Shown in pieces: positions 18,965 to 30,297 of a stretch of DNA of 64,000 nt. The notes below the pieces were generated by a model. The model ran no database searches, was not told the DNA's origin, and saw only the letters and a list, made by a program, of their open reading frames with translations. The stretch lies in NCBI GenBank assembly GCA_963771175.1, contig CAVYSY010000030.1, forward strand, positions 32,001 to 96,000, written 5' to 3'. The translations under genes were made by a program, and so were the position numbers. The stretch comes from an uncultured delta proteobacterium (lineage in GTDB: Bacteria; Myxococcota; Myxococcia; Myxococcales; Myxococcaceae). The number at the start of each line of letters is the position of its first letter. The first letter of the stretch is position 1.

Positions 18965-21013
18965 ATGCCTCGCTCCCGTACGCTCGTCCTCGCGATCTCC
19001 GTTCTCCTCCTCCTGGCCGCCGGGGCCGCGGTCTGGCGTCCCGCCGCGGCCAAGACTCCGCCCGTCGCGCCCCCCCAGGCGCCAGTGGCCCAGGCGCCAG
19101 TGGCCTCGTCGCCCGCGCCAAAGGAGGAGCTCCTCTCTTCCGCCGCTGGCTACGTGGGCTCGGAGAAGTGCTCCGAGTGCCATGACGAGGAGCACGCCGC
19201 GTGGAGCAAGGACTGGCATGCCCGCGCGCTCTCGCCGGCCACTCCGCGCTTCGTGGTGGGCGACTTCGCCAACGCCCATTACAAGGGCGACTCCAGCGAG
19301 GCGTGGATGACCCGGCGGGACGAGCGCTCCTTCATGCGCACCCAGGGGCCCACCGGCGCCGTCTCCGAGTACCCGGTGGACTGGGTGGTGGGCGGCAAGC
19401 GGATGCAGGACCCCATCACCCGGATGCCGGACGGCCGCTGGCAGGTGCTGCCCATCTACTTCCACGTCACCGGCAAGGGCGAGTGGGTGGACTACTCCGA
19501 GTCCAAGCAGGGCGCGCTGTCGACGGACCACCCCTTCTTCTGGTCCAACTGGCAGCGCAACTCCCAGCACTCGTGCCTGGACTGCCACGTCACCGGCCTC
19601 AACACGCGCTACGACCGGCGGAGCCACCGCTGGAGCACCGGCTTCGCGGACGCGGGCGTGGCCTGCGAGAGCTGCCATGGCCCCGGCGCGCGCCATGTGG
19701 AGACGCAGCTCGAGAAGGACATCGTCCAGCCCTCGAAGCTCCCGCCGCAGAAGGGGATGGCCGTGTGCGCGCAGTGCCACGGGCCGCACCGCACGCTCTT
19801 CCCCCTGCTGGACGCGCAGCACCACTTCCAGCCCGGGGAGCGCTACGAGGACCACTACCAGCCCATGGTGGTGCTGATCAGCGGCAGCGATCGCTCCGGG
19901 GACTTCTTCGAGGACGGGCGCCCTAAAACCTCCAGCTTCGAGTACCAGGCCCTCTCCCAGTCGCGCTGCGCCATGCAGGGCGGCGCCACCTGCCTCACCT
20001 GCCACACCGCGCCCCACGTCCCGCACGCGGCCAATGAGGTGAAGCAGCCGAAGCACCCCACGCCGGGGGTGACGGTGGGCTCGGCGAGCTGCCAGGGGTG
20101 CCACGCGAAGGTGTTCGCCGAGGGGCAGAAGCACACGCACCATGCCTCGGCCGAGGCGCAGGACTGCGTGGCCTGCCACATGCCGCCGACCGTCTCGGGC
20201 GTGCTGGACCACCTGGCGGACCACGCCATCGACGTGCCGGTGCCGCGCAACACGGTGAAGCACGGCATCCCCAACGCGTGCAACGCGTGCCACACGCACG
20301 AGAAGGCCACGCCCGAGTCGATGGTGGAGGCCCTGGAGAAGTGGTGGCCCAAGGCGGGGCAGCGGCAGGCGCGGCGGCTGCGGCTGGCGGACGCCATCGA
20401 CGTGAAGACCGCGGAGGACAGCCGTCAGCCCCTGGAGCAGGTGCTGGCGGACAAGAAGGAGGCGCCGACCCTGCGTGGCGTGGCGGCCCGGTTGCTGGCC
20501 CAGCGCTTCCGCAAGGACGCCGTGCCCGCGCTCAAGGCGGCCCTGCCCACGGCCACGGACCCGGTGCTGCGCTCCGATCTCGTCGAGGCGCTGGCCGCGA
20601 CGGGCACGCGCGAAGTGGCGGACGTGCTCGCCCCGTTGCTGCAGGACAAGTCGCTCTGGGTCCGCCAGGCCGCGACCCTCCCGCTCGCCAGCGTGGGGGA
20701 CCCGCGCGGGCTCGCCGCCCTGGAGGCGCTGGCGCGCCAGCCGGAGTCGGAGGGGCTGCCGATGCCGCACGTGGTGCTCGGGCAGTTGGCCTTCCGACGG
20801 GGCGACCTGGCCACGGGGACCCGGGAGCTGGAGCGGTCCCTGGAACTGCAGCCGTACAATGTCGAGGTGCTGGTGCTGCTGGCGGACGCCTATGCCCGCC
20901 AGGGCGACATGCCGCGGGCGAAGGACCGGCTGGAGGAGGCGCTGCGATTCGACCCGCGGCACCGCGGCGCGAAGCAGCGGATGGGCCTCATGCAGCGCGG
21001 CCCGGGGCGCTGA
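18965..21013 (+). CDS. Periplasmic multiheme cytochrome c (8 CxxCH) with HEAT-like and TPR repeats
   Basis: Signal/TM segment; CSECH, CLDCH, CESCH, CAQCH, CLTCH, CQGCH, CVACH, CNACH; C-terminal helical repeats. Confidence 0.88.
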   Translation: MPRSRTLVLAISVLLLLAAGAAVWRPAAAKTPPVAPPQAPVAQAPVASSPAPKEELLSSAAGYVGSEKCSECHDEEHAAWSKDWHARALSPATPRFVVGDFANAHYKGDSSEAWMTRRDERSFMRTQGPTGAVSEYPVDWVVGGKRMQDPITRMPDGRWQVLPIYFHVTGKGEWVDYSESKQGALSTDHPFFWSNWQRNSQHSCLDCHVTGLNTRYDRRSHRWSTGFADAGVACESCHGPGARHVETQLEKDIVQPSKLPPQKGMAVCAQCHGPHRTLFPLLDAQHHFQPGERYEDHYQPMVVLISGSDRSGDFFEDGRPKTSSFEYQALSQSRCAMQGGATCLTCHTAPHVPHAANEVKQPKHPTPGVTVGSASCQGCHAKVFAEGQKHTHHASAEAQDCVACHMPPTVSGVLDHLADHAIDVPVPRNTVKHGIPNACNACHTHEKATPESMVEALEKWWPKAGQRQARRLRLADAIDVKTAEDSRQPLEQVLADKKEAPTLRGVAARLLAQRFRKDAVPALKAALPTATDPVLRSDLVEALAATGTREVADVLAPLLQDKSLWVRQAATLPLASVGDPRGLAALEALARQPESEGLPMPHVVLGQLAFRRGDLATGTRELERSLELQPYNVEVLVLLADAYARQGDMPRAKDRLEEALRFDPRHRGAKQRMGLMQRGPGR

Positions 21014-21116
21014 GCGGCCCAGCCTGGGGCCTCCATTTCAAGCAGGCAGCCGGGCGGGAGCTGGCGCGAGCGCATTGCGCATTCCGGGGAGATGGCGGAA
21101 GGATGCGGCCACTTCT

Positions 21117-21962
21117 TTGACCCCCTTCCTCTTCACCGTCGTGGTCTTCGTCGTGTCCCTCGGGGCGGGGCTGATGGGCTCGCTCCTGGGGCTCGGCGGT
21201 GGGCTCATCCTCGTGCCGGTGCTCACCCTGGTGCTCGGGGTGGACATCCGCTACGCGGTGGGGGCCTCCATCGTCTCCGTCATCGCCACCTCCAGCGGCG
21301 CGGCGGCGGCCTACGTGCGCGAGCGCCTCACCAACCTGCGCGTGGCCATGTTCCTCGAGCTGGCCACCACCGCCGGGGCGCTCACGGGGGCCTCGCTCGC
21401 GGGCTTCATCCGTGGCCGCTGGCTGTACCTCGTCTTCGGCATGGTGATGGCGTACTCGGCGCTCGTCATGCTCCGCAAGCTGCGCGGGGGCTCGTCCGCG
21501 GAGGGGGAGCCTCCCTCCGACGCGCTCGCCGACCGCCTGGGGCTGCATGGCAGCTATTGGGACGAGGAGACCGGGCGCGAGGTGCCCTACCGCGTCACCC
21601 GCCCGCTGACGGGCCTGGGCCTCATGTACGGGGCGGGCATGGTCAGCGGGCTGCTGGGCATCGGCTCGGGGGCGCTGAAGGTGCCGGCGATGGACCTCGC
21701 CATGGGCCTGCCCCTCAAGGTGTCCACCGCCACCAGCAACTTCATGATCGGCGTCACCGCCGCGGCCAGCGCGGGCGTCTACTTCGCGCGGGGCGACATC
21801 GACCCGTTCATCGCCGGCCCCGTCTGCGCCGGTGTGGTGCTGGGGGCCTTCGCCGGCTCGCGCTACCTGACGAAGGTGAAGGCCTGGTGGCTGCGCGCGC
21901 TCTTCGTGACGGTGCTGCTGTGGGTGGCCTTCCAGATGCTGCGCAAGGGAGTGAGCCCGTGA
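21117..21962 (+). CDS. TSUP (TauE/SafE) family transporter
   Basis: GSLLGLGGG, SVIATSSG, SGLLGIGSG, STATSNFMIGVTA; TTG start inferred. Confidence 0.9.
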   Translation: MTPFLFTVVVFVVSLGAGLMGSLLGLGGGLILVPVLTLVLGVDIRYAVGASIVSVIATSSGAAAAYVRERLTNLRVAMFLELATTAGALTGASLAGFIRGRWLYLVFGMVMAYSALVMLRKLRGGSSAEGEPPSDALADRLGLHGSYWDEETGREVPYRVTRPLTGLGLMYGAGMVSGLLGIGSGALKVPAMDLAMGLPLKVSTATSNFMIGVTAAASAGVYFARGDIDPFIAGPVCAGVVLGAFAGSRYLTKVKAWWLRALFVTVLLWVAFQMLRKGVSP

Positions 21963-22393
21963 GCGTGGAACCCGCCCGTTCCTCCACCCAGGTCGCCACG
22001 GAGGCGCTGGAGCAGGGCGCCGCCAGCCCGGAGCTGCTCATCAGCAACCTGCTGCGCTCCGGCGTCGTGCTCAGCCTCACGCTGGTGACGTTCGGCATGT
22101 CGCTGACCTTCTTCCACCACCCCGACTACTTCTCCTCGGAGCAGGCGCTCCAGCGACTCACCGCCCCGGAGCGCGGGCCGCATGACCTGTCGGACGTGCT
22201 GGCGGACGTGATGAACGCCCGGGGACAGGCCTTCGTGATGGTGGGGCTGCTCGTGCTGATGGCCACGCCGGTGTTGCGCGTGGCCCTCTCGCTGCTCGTC
22301 TTCAGCCGGCAGCGCGACCGGGCCTTCGTCACGGTGACGTCCGTGGTCCTCGGCCTGCTGCTGCTGTCCTTCCTGCTGGGCGGCGTGGAGTAG
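21959..22393 (+). CDS. DUF1634-like membrane protein
   Basis: ISNLLRSGV, GLLVLMATPVLRV; usual partner downstream of TSUP; GTGA overlap. Confidence 0.8.
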   Translation: MSVEPARSSTQVATEALEQGAASPELLISNLLRSGVVLSLTLVTFGMSLTFFHHPDYFSSEQALQRLTAPERGPHDLSDVLADVMNARGQAFVMVGLLVLMATPVLRVALSLLVFSRQRDRAFVTVTSVVLGLLLLSFLLGGVE

Positions 22394-22397
22394 GGCG

Positions 22398-25300
22398 TCA
22401 GTAGTCCTTGCTCCAGATGACGTCCGCGCCACCCTGCTCGGCGTCGCCATACTCCCCTTCGACGCTCCAGCGAGGGCTGAACTGGTACTCCAGCCGCACG
22501 GCGTTGTTGTTCTCCCGCCGGGTGGTGGACTGGTTCTGCGGGGTGCCGAGGCGGCCCCGGTAGCCCAGGTACAGGTCGTCCGTGAGGTACTTGCCCACCT
22601 CCAGCCGAGCGCCCGTGAGGCCCTCCTCGCCGGCCTCGATGGAGAGCACGTCCAGTGGCAGCTTCGCCGCCAGCGCCTTGCGCGCCTGCGAGGCCAGCAC
22701 CGAGCCCAGTACCGAGGCCACCTGCCCCTGGTCCATCGACGCGCCCGAGCCCACCTTCAGCGTGCGCCGGCCCGTGGCCAGCAGCGTGTAGATTTCCGTC
22801 TCCGGCAACGGCGGCTCGCTGGTGGACTTGATGGTGAACTCCTTGCCCTGCCCGCGGACGTTGACGAACACCTTCACCCCGGCACGCTCGTTGTTGTACT
22901 CGGCGGTGGCGTTGATGTACGGCGTGAGCGCCGGGCCGGTGAAGCGGAGCTGGCTGGAGTTCTGCACCGTGAAGCGCCGGCCCATCACCTCCACCTCGCC
23001 GCGCAGCACGCGCACCTCGCCGTAGATGGAGGTGGTGTCCGCGTACTCGATGCGCAAGTTCTCCGACAGGCCGAGCTCCGCGTTGACGTCCGTGCCGTGA
23101 ATCCAGATGTTCTTCGGGGCATTCACGTTCACCCAGTACTTGAGCTGCGCCTCCGCCTCCTCCTCGGCCGAGCCGGCGCCGCCCTGGGCCGTGCCCGTGG
23201 CGGGCGCACCCTTCTTGCGCTTGCGCTTCTCCAACGGCACCCCGTTGCGCACCAGGACGATGCCCTCGGGCCTGTCCAGCGCCTGGACGTCCTTGCGCCT
23301 GGCCTCGGGCAGGGTGATGTGGGCCTCGGGGATGGTCACGTTGCGCAGGTTGACGAGCTCGTTGGACACCTCGCCCTCGATGTTGGTGCGCAGGGTGAGC
23401 TCGGCCAGGAGCTGGTCGTCGATGACAAGCGGGAAGTCCTTCAGCTCCCCCTGGCCGGTGAGGGCGAATTGGCCGGACCTGGTGCGGTTGGCCTGGGCGG
23501 TGAGACTCAGGGTGCCGCGGCCGCTGCGAGCGGAGAGCTCGGAGAGCTTCATGCTCTCGTTGTCGACGTCGAGCGCCACCTGGATGTCCCGGTACTCGCC
23601 GTAGCTCTCCAGGGCGAGCTGGCCGTCCTTCCAGTGGATGTTGCCGCGGAAGATGGGGTCGCCGACGGTTCCCGTCAGGTGCGCGTCCGCCTGCAGCATG
23701 CCGCCGAGGGTGCGCACCATGGGGAGCTGCGAGCCGGACAGGAAGGACAGGTCGAACTGCCGCGCGTCCAGGTCCACCTCCAGGGGCGCGCGGTCGAAGG
23801 ACACGCCCTGCCGCAGCGTGGGCAGGGACAGCTCCTGCGTCGCCTGGCCCCGCACCAGCAGCGTGCCGCCGTTGGGCGAGGTGAGGAGCGCGTCCAGCAC
23901 GGAGCGGGCTTCATCGTAGGTGTAGTGGAAGCGCGCCTGGCCGAGAGCGAACTGACGGACGCCGAGCTGCTGCAGGCCGGCGGTGAGCTCCAGCTCGGGG
24001 TCGTTCAGCGTGCCACGCGCGGCCAGCTCCAGCGAGATGGCGCCCTGGACGAGCTGCTGGGGCGTGCCGGTGGTCGGCGGCGGAACGGCCATGGCCTGCA
24101 GCTCGCTCATGGGAATGGGGCCGCCGCGGGCCTTGAGCGTGAAGGGCACGTGCCCCACCACCTCCTGGTCCTGCAGCGCGGCGATGGGCGCGTCGACGGT
24201 GGCGTCCAGGTCCACCAGCAGCGTGTTCTCGCGCCGTACGGTGAGCTGGAGCTTCACATCCGAGGCGCTCGTGAGCAGGGCGAGGTTGCCGTCGAGAGGC
24301 TCGAGGCCATCCACCGTCGCCCGCCGGGCGTCCACCTTCAGCTCGCCCACGGGGGCCAGCAGCGGGCCGGTGAGGTTGGCCGCCAGCGACACCATGCCGC
24401 TCGGCCCGGTTGGCCAGACCGAGCTGAGACAGCAGGCCCAGGGGCGCCTCCGTCACGCGCGCCTCCATGTTGCGCATGGGCGTCTCCATCACCTGCGCCG
24501 CCGTGGGCGGGTTCGACAGGAGCTGGCCCAGGGTGAAGGGCGTCTCGAGCGCGGCGTAGGCCTCCGAGCCGATGCCCTGGAGGTCCAGGCGCGCGCTGAG
24601 CCAGCCGTCCTTCTCGTCGGAGCGGGCGGTGAGCTCGATGCCGAGGGGTTGGGCGCGCAGCTCCGGAGGGAGCGCGCCGGGGGCGAGCACCACCGGGGGC
24701 GGCTGCTGGGGAGGGACGCCCCAGTAGCGGAGCTGCGAGCCCTTCAAGGAGAGCGCCAGGCGCGGGTCGTTCGCCATTCCCTGCAACTTCATGCTGCCGG
24801 AGAGGATGCCGGTGGCGGACTCCGGCTGGCCGGCCATGCGCAGCGCGGGGCCGATGTCCACGCGGTCCATCGTCACCGTCAGGGACACGGGCTCGCGGCG
24901 GCGCTTCATCAGCCCCTGCACCGGCACGTCGAAGTCGGCGGCGACGCGGCCGGCGGGAGCGTTCGCGGCGAAGGTGCCGGTGGCGCGGTCTCGCACGTAG
25001 CGGCCCTGGAGGTCGAAATCCAGCTCCGCGTACTGCTGGTAGCGCCCACCCCGCAGGGTGAGGTTCACCTGGGCATCCGGTCGGGGCAGGCGCCCGCTCA
25101 CCGCCACGGTGCCGGCGAGCTGTCCGTCCAGTTGCAGCGACGGGGGCAGGAAGGCCTTCGGCAGCATTCCGAGGTCGAAGGCCCGCAGCTCCGTGGCCGC
25201 GTCGAGGCGCTCGCCCACCTTCAGCAGAGACAGCGAGAGGCGCTGGGGCCCCGAGGTGAGAGTCAGAGGCGCATGGGGCGTCGCCACCGCCACGCGGCCG

Positions 25301-27081
25301 TTGCTCCAGCCCACGTGCGTGGGGTCCTGGAGCGTCCAGCCTGCCTCGGGGTAGCGCAGGGTGAGGGCGTCGAGCTCGAGGCCCTGGCGGTCCTTGTCCA
25401 CGGTGCCCCGCAGCGAGACGAGGAGATTCGTCGCGCCCCCGGTGCTCACGGTGGCCTCCAGCGCCCGGCCCTGGGTGGCGAGCGAGGCGTGGAGGTCCTC
25501 GAAGGTGCGGCCGCCAGTGGTCAGCGTGGTGGCCTTCAGCGTGGCGTTCGTGGTGAGGGGATGGGTGACGTCCGGCACGCGGGCGTCCAGCGTGAGGCCC
25601 TGCACGGCCGTGTCCGCCCAGGCGAGCGCCTCGAAGCCGCCCGAGGCGGTGACGGCGGGCTGGCGGGCGGGGCCGGAGACGGTGAAGTCCAGGGCGCCGT
25701 GGCCCGAGAGGGGCAGGGGCTTGCCGTCACCCAGTCGGCCCACGGTGTTGGCGAAGGTGTCCAGGTCGGAGGCGACGAGCCGGCCCTCGAGCCGGAGGTC
25801 CTTCAGCGTGCCTCCGCCGCTCGCGGTGAGGCTGGCACCGGGGGCCTGGGCCTGGAGCTGGGAGAGAGTGAAGGTGCCGTTCTTCGCGCTCGCGTGCAGC
25901 TCCACCGGCCCGAGCGGCCGGCCGGCGATGCGCGAGGGCGGCACGGTGAGGTCCACCGTTCCATCGAGCGTCTCCAGGCTCTTGCCGCCGCCGGTGACGC
26001 GCAGGTCCGCCCCGAGCTTGGAGCTCGGCCCGCCGCCCAGCAGCTTCGCGAGGTCCAGCTCGCGCACGCGGGCGGTGAGGCCGTCCGTGCGGAGCCGCGC
26101 CATGTCGAGAGAGCCCTCCACCTCGGCGGTCCCCCCGGCGGCCTGGCCGTCCAGGTCCACCCGGAGCGTGTCCCCCGCCTGGGCCACGGTGCCTGAGAGG
26201 GTGACGGGAGCGGTCACGGGGTACGAGGGCAGGAAGGCGCGTGCCGTCTCCGGCGCGAGGGTGAGCTGCTTCACCTCGGCGCGGGCCTGCTTCTCGCCCT
26301 CCAGCCCGCCCTTCGCCTGGAGGGTGAGCCCCGGGGCGGTGAGGTCCACGTCCGCGTTCAGCTTGCCGTCCTCGCCCTGGCCCTGGAGGGAGAGGCGTAC
26401 CGGGCCCGCGAGGGGACGGGCGAGGCTGGCGGTGGCATCGAGCTTCACCTCGAGCGCCTCGGTGGCCGCCGCCCAGGAGGCCGCGCCGTTGGCATCGAGG
26501 TCGTCGAGGCGTACCTCGCGCGTGCCCTCGGGTGCTTGCACCGTGTAGTCGACGGAGCCGTCCTCCAGGTGGACGTCCTTCAGGGTGAGGCGCAGGGTGC
26601 CGCGCGGCGCGTTGGGCGGCTCCTCCGGCTTGGGCTCCCGGGGGGCGATCGCGCGCGAGAGGTTGAGGCCACGCTCGTCCTGGCGCAGGTAGAGGTGGGG
26701 CTGCTCCACGCGCGCGGAGCGGAGGACGATGTGCTTGCGCAGCAGGGGGGCGAGCGCCAGTCGCGCCTCCACCCGGTCCACCTCCGCCACCAGTTCGCCC
26801 TCGGGGTCGTACAGCTTCACCCCGGTGAGGACGAGGGAGTTCAGGCCCAGCTCGAGCCCCCCTACCTCCAGGCGGCCGGAGAGCTGGGTGTTCGCCTGCT
26901 CGACAACCAGGGCGCGCACGCGCACTTCGCCCGCCGGCGAGGTCAGGTAGAGGAGCGCACCGACGACGAGCACCAGCACGAGTCCGAGGACACCGAGCAG
27001 GCTCCACAGGAGCCACCGCCCCCGGCGCCGCGGGGGCGGAGCGGAAGGGCTCTCAGGACCGGGGCCGTTGCCGCTGCTCAA
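22398..27081 (-). CDS. tamB: Translocation and assembly module TamB-like protein (frameshift near 24403)
   Basis: N-terminal TM, long beta-rich body, C-terminal LEVGKYLTDDLYLGY...RLEYQFSPRW...WSKDY; directly after the Omp85 gene. Confidence 0.85.
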
Positions 27082-29316
27082 AACGCCTCTCCAATCGACA
27101 GGAAGAAGGTGCAGAGACCTTCCGGGGCCCCCGCGTATTCCTTGCCCACGAATCTACCCGTGACGGGGTCCTTCTCCTCCGTTCCGCCCAGGCCGAAGCA
27201 GTCCCCCAGTCCGCCGACGGTGGTGGCTCCTCCGGTGGTTGGGTCGAAGATGGGCAGGGGCCGACCGACGTTCAACCGTCGGGCGAGATCCAATCGCAGG
27301 GGCCCGACGATGGTGAGGTAGCGCACACCGATGCCCACCGCCTGGTAGTGGTAGTCCCCGAAGACACGGCTGCTCTCCTCGCGGACGTCGTCCCGGCGGG
27401 AGCCGAAGTTCAGCGGACCGGCGCCAGCGAGGCCGGAGTCGTGGAAGGCGACGAGCACCAGATCCCCGAACAGCTTGTAGCGCAGCTCCACGGTCGTCTC
27501 GAGGAGGCTGTTACCGCCGATGGGGACGACCCGATCCGGGGGCTGCTCCGCGTCCGGGTTGCTGATGTTCATGGGGGAGAGCCGCTGGCTGTTGAAGCCG
27601 CGCATGGAGGAGCCGCCGCCCGCGAAGAAGCGGTTGACGATGGCGCTCTCCTCGCGGATGCGCTCGCCCGTCTCGTTGGTGGTGATGGGGGTGAGGAGCG
27701 TGCCCATCCGCAGCCGCGCCGCGAGGGTGATGCGATCCTTCGCGCCGAACGTCTGGTAGACGCGCATGTCCGGCAGCACGCGCAGGAAGGTGAAGTCTCC
27801 CTGGAGCGGCCCACCGCCCTCCTGCAGCGACAGCGTGGCGTAGTAGCCGCGGCTCGGTGCGATGGGATCATTGCGCCGGTCCCACTCGGCCACCTGCTCC
27901 AGGTAGCTCACCGAGATGTTGCAGGTGTCCTCCAGGCTCGTGCCCGCGGGGCAACCCAACACGAGGGTGGGCACGGTCGTCTGGTCCTCCAACCCCCGCT
28001 GTCCTTGGAGCCGGTAGAGCTCCAGGTTGTAGGTGGAGAAGAGGGACAGGTACGGCTGCGGTCGCCAGACGACGCCGCCCCGTGCTCGCCCGCCAATGTA
28101 ATTGTACGCCTGCTCCAGCCCGCGCTCCGCGACGAGGGAGGCCTGCAGGCTCAGGTCCCGAGCGAGGAATCGGGGTTGCTCGAATTGGATGGAGAGCTGG
28201 CCCAGGGGGCCATGGGGCGTGCTGAGGTTGGGCTCGTCTCCCTGGCCATCTCCATTCGTATCGATTTTGTCGAAGGCGGCGGTGATGTTGGGGATGAAGG
28301 CGTAGCCCACCCGGCCGCTCACGGTGAGCCGGCGCAGACCGCCAAAGAAGTTGCGGTTCGTCCACTCGCCCAGCACGCGGATTTCCTGTCGGGCCGCGTC
28401 CACGCCGATGCCGCCACCCAGACGGATGGAGCGGAAGGGCGCCTCGCGCACGTCCACCACCACCGGCACCGTGAGGTTCTCCCGGTCTGGCGAGCCGCGG
28501 TTGACCTTCACCGCGCCGAAGACGCCCATGCGGAAGACGCGCGACTGCGCCTCGGCCAGGGCCGACTCGCTGTACCAGTCACCCTTGCGCACCGCGCCCT
28601 TGGTCTGCTCGATGATGCGCTTGGGCGCCACCTGCGGGTTGGCGTCCGTGGCCACGAAGATATTGCCGAAGCGGTAGCGCGGGCCCGGTGTCACCTGCAG
28701 GTCCACCTGGGCTCCCCGCGTGACCAGGTCCACCCGGACCTCGCCGCCCACCTCCGCCTCGGCGTAGCCCAGCTCGCGCAGTCGCTGCCGCACCGTCTCC
28801 TGTCGTCGACTCCCAGTCCGCCTCGCGGAACACCTTCCCCTGCACCAGCGGCAGCTCCGTCAGCGCCTTCTCGCGGTGCTCCGGTGGCAGCTCCTCCATC
28901 CCCGTCACGTTGAGGGCGATGACATGGGTGGGCGCCCCCTCGCGCACCTTCACCTCCAGCGCGACGGCGTCCTCTCCCTCGGGCCGCACGTTCTCGGAGA
29001 CGACCTCGGCCTGGTAGAAGCCCTGCGACTGGTAGTAGCGCTCGATGCGCCGTAGGTCCGCCTGCCACGCATTGGCGTCGAAGTAGTTCGGCGGGACGAA
29101 GGGGTTGAGCGGCTCCCACCAGGGCGTCTCGCTGGTGACGATCTTCTCCTTGATGTCGGAGGCTCTGACCTGGTCGGTGCCCTCGATGTCGAGGTCCACC
29201 ACCTTGGGCTGGTCCGGCTGCCGGGCGGCGCCCGAGGAGGTCGCGCACCCGGCCGCGAGGGCGAGGAGGACGAGGACGGGGAGGTATTGGTGGCGATGTG
29301 AGTCGGCGACGTCCAC
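27078..29316 (-). CDS. tamA: Omp85/TamA-family outer-membrane protein (frameshift near 28802)
   Basis: Lipobox LAAGC, POTRA domains (DLRRIERYYQSQGFY), RFFAGGGSSMRGF, GIGVRYLTIVGPLRLD, C-terminal IGEAF. Confidence 0.85.
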
Positions 29317-29479
29317 GGTGGGTTCATAACCTGGACGTCACCCTGTTGACTCGCAAGGTGTGCGGGGTCTCGTGCAGCGGACACTGGACACGCCTCGGAC
29401 GCGCGCTCTGTCTGGTGGCACGCGGTGAAGAGCCCTTGGAGCGTGCATCACGGGCCCGTCTGCTCCACAGTGGCGCCGT

Positions 29480-29802
29480 ATGCCATGGCGAAACAGAGGA
29501 CTCCTGGGCGCGGCGGCACTGGTGGCACTCAGCGCGTGCGGCGTGACCGAGGGCGAGGCGGTGCGGCTCAAGGAAGGCGCGAAGCTGTTCCCCGAGGATA
29601 TGCCGGAGCAGTACAGGTATTGCTCCACCCTGGGCTGCGCCTTTGAGGGACAGGCCTGCCTGGAGGTGTTCTTCGAATACGGTCGTTCCCCCGCGCTGTG
29701 CCTCTTCCTGGACGTGTGCGACAAGCTCGATTGCGAGAAGGAGGGGGGCGCTGCGCCATCTTCGATGGCTTCCCCGGCCAGGTGAAGTGCATCCGCGACT
29801 AG
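29480..29802 (+). CDS. Small Cys-rich lipoprotein (likely frameshift in the G-run near 29745)
   Basis: Lipobox LSAC; several Cys; corrected end FDGFPGQVKCIRD*. Confidence 0.55.
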
Positions 29803-29833
29803 GGCGTGGGGCCCATGCGCGGGGCCCTCGTGC

Positions 29834-30232
29834 TCAGGGCGTGCCCGCGTCGGGGCTGGTGGTCTCCTCGCAGGCGTAGACGGCGTCCCAGGCCTCGCGG
29901 CACGTGTCGAACTGGGTGAGGGTGCGCCCGCCGCCCTCCTTGGGGACACAGAACCAGGAGTGGTCCGCGCCGCAGCCATAGGCCTGCACCAGGTTCGTGC
30001 GGCAGGCCTCCTGGGCGGCGTCGATGTCCCGCTCACAGGTGCGGACGCAGTCGTCCCAGTAGTGGTCGTCGGACGCCTCGCAGGAGGACGCCCCCTGGGT
30101 GGGGACGGCCTGGATTTGCCCGTAACAGTAGCGCTGGCAGAGCCGCAGCTCGGAGGTGGGCTGCTCCAGGCAGGCGCTTCCCAGGGCCGCGAGGCCCGCC
30201 GTCAGCAGAGGCGCGAGGAGGCGAGTCTTCAT
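29834..30232 (-). CDS. Small Cys-rich lipoprotein
   Basis: MKTR signal, lipobox GSAC, about 10 further Cys, DAGT tail. Confidence 0.7.
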   Translation of the reverse strand: MKTRLLAPLLTAGLAALGSACLEQPTSELRLCQRYCYGQIQAVPTQGASSCEASDDHYWDDCVRTCERDIDAAQEACRTNLVQAYGCGADHSWFCVPKEGGGRTLTQFDTCREAWDAVYACEETTSPDAGTP

Positions 30233-30297
30233 GGCAGGTCCCTGGGTAGCGAGGCACCGGGCGCCCGCGGGGGCGGCCCGGGCTGGCGGAGTGGGCT

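Noticed and set aside
22398..29316. tamA/tamB, and also aceB and fumC, as pseudogenes or programmed frameshifts
   Set aside because: Single extra bases without an evident slippery motif or further decay, seen window-wide; sequencing error is more likely
29416..29431. TGGCAC as a sigma-54 promoter
   Set aside because: No GC at the -12 position (reads AG)
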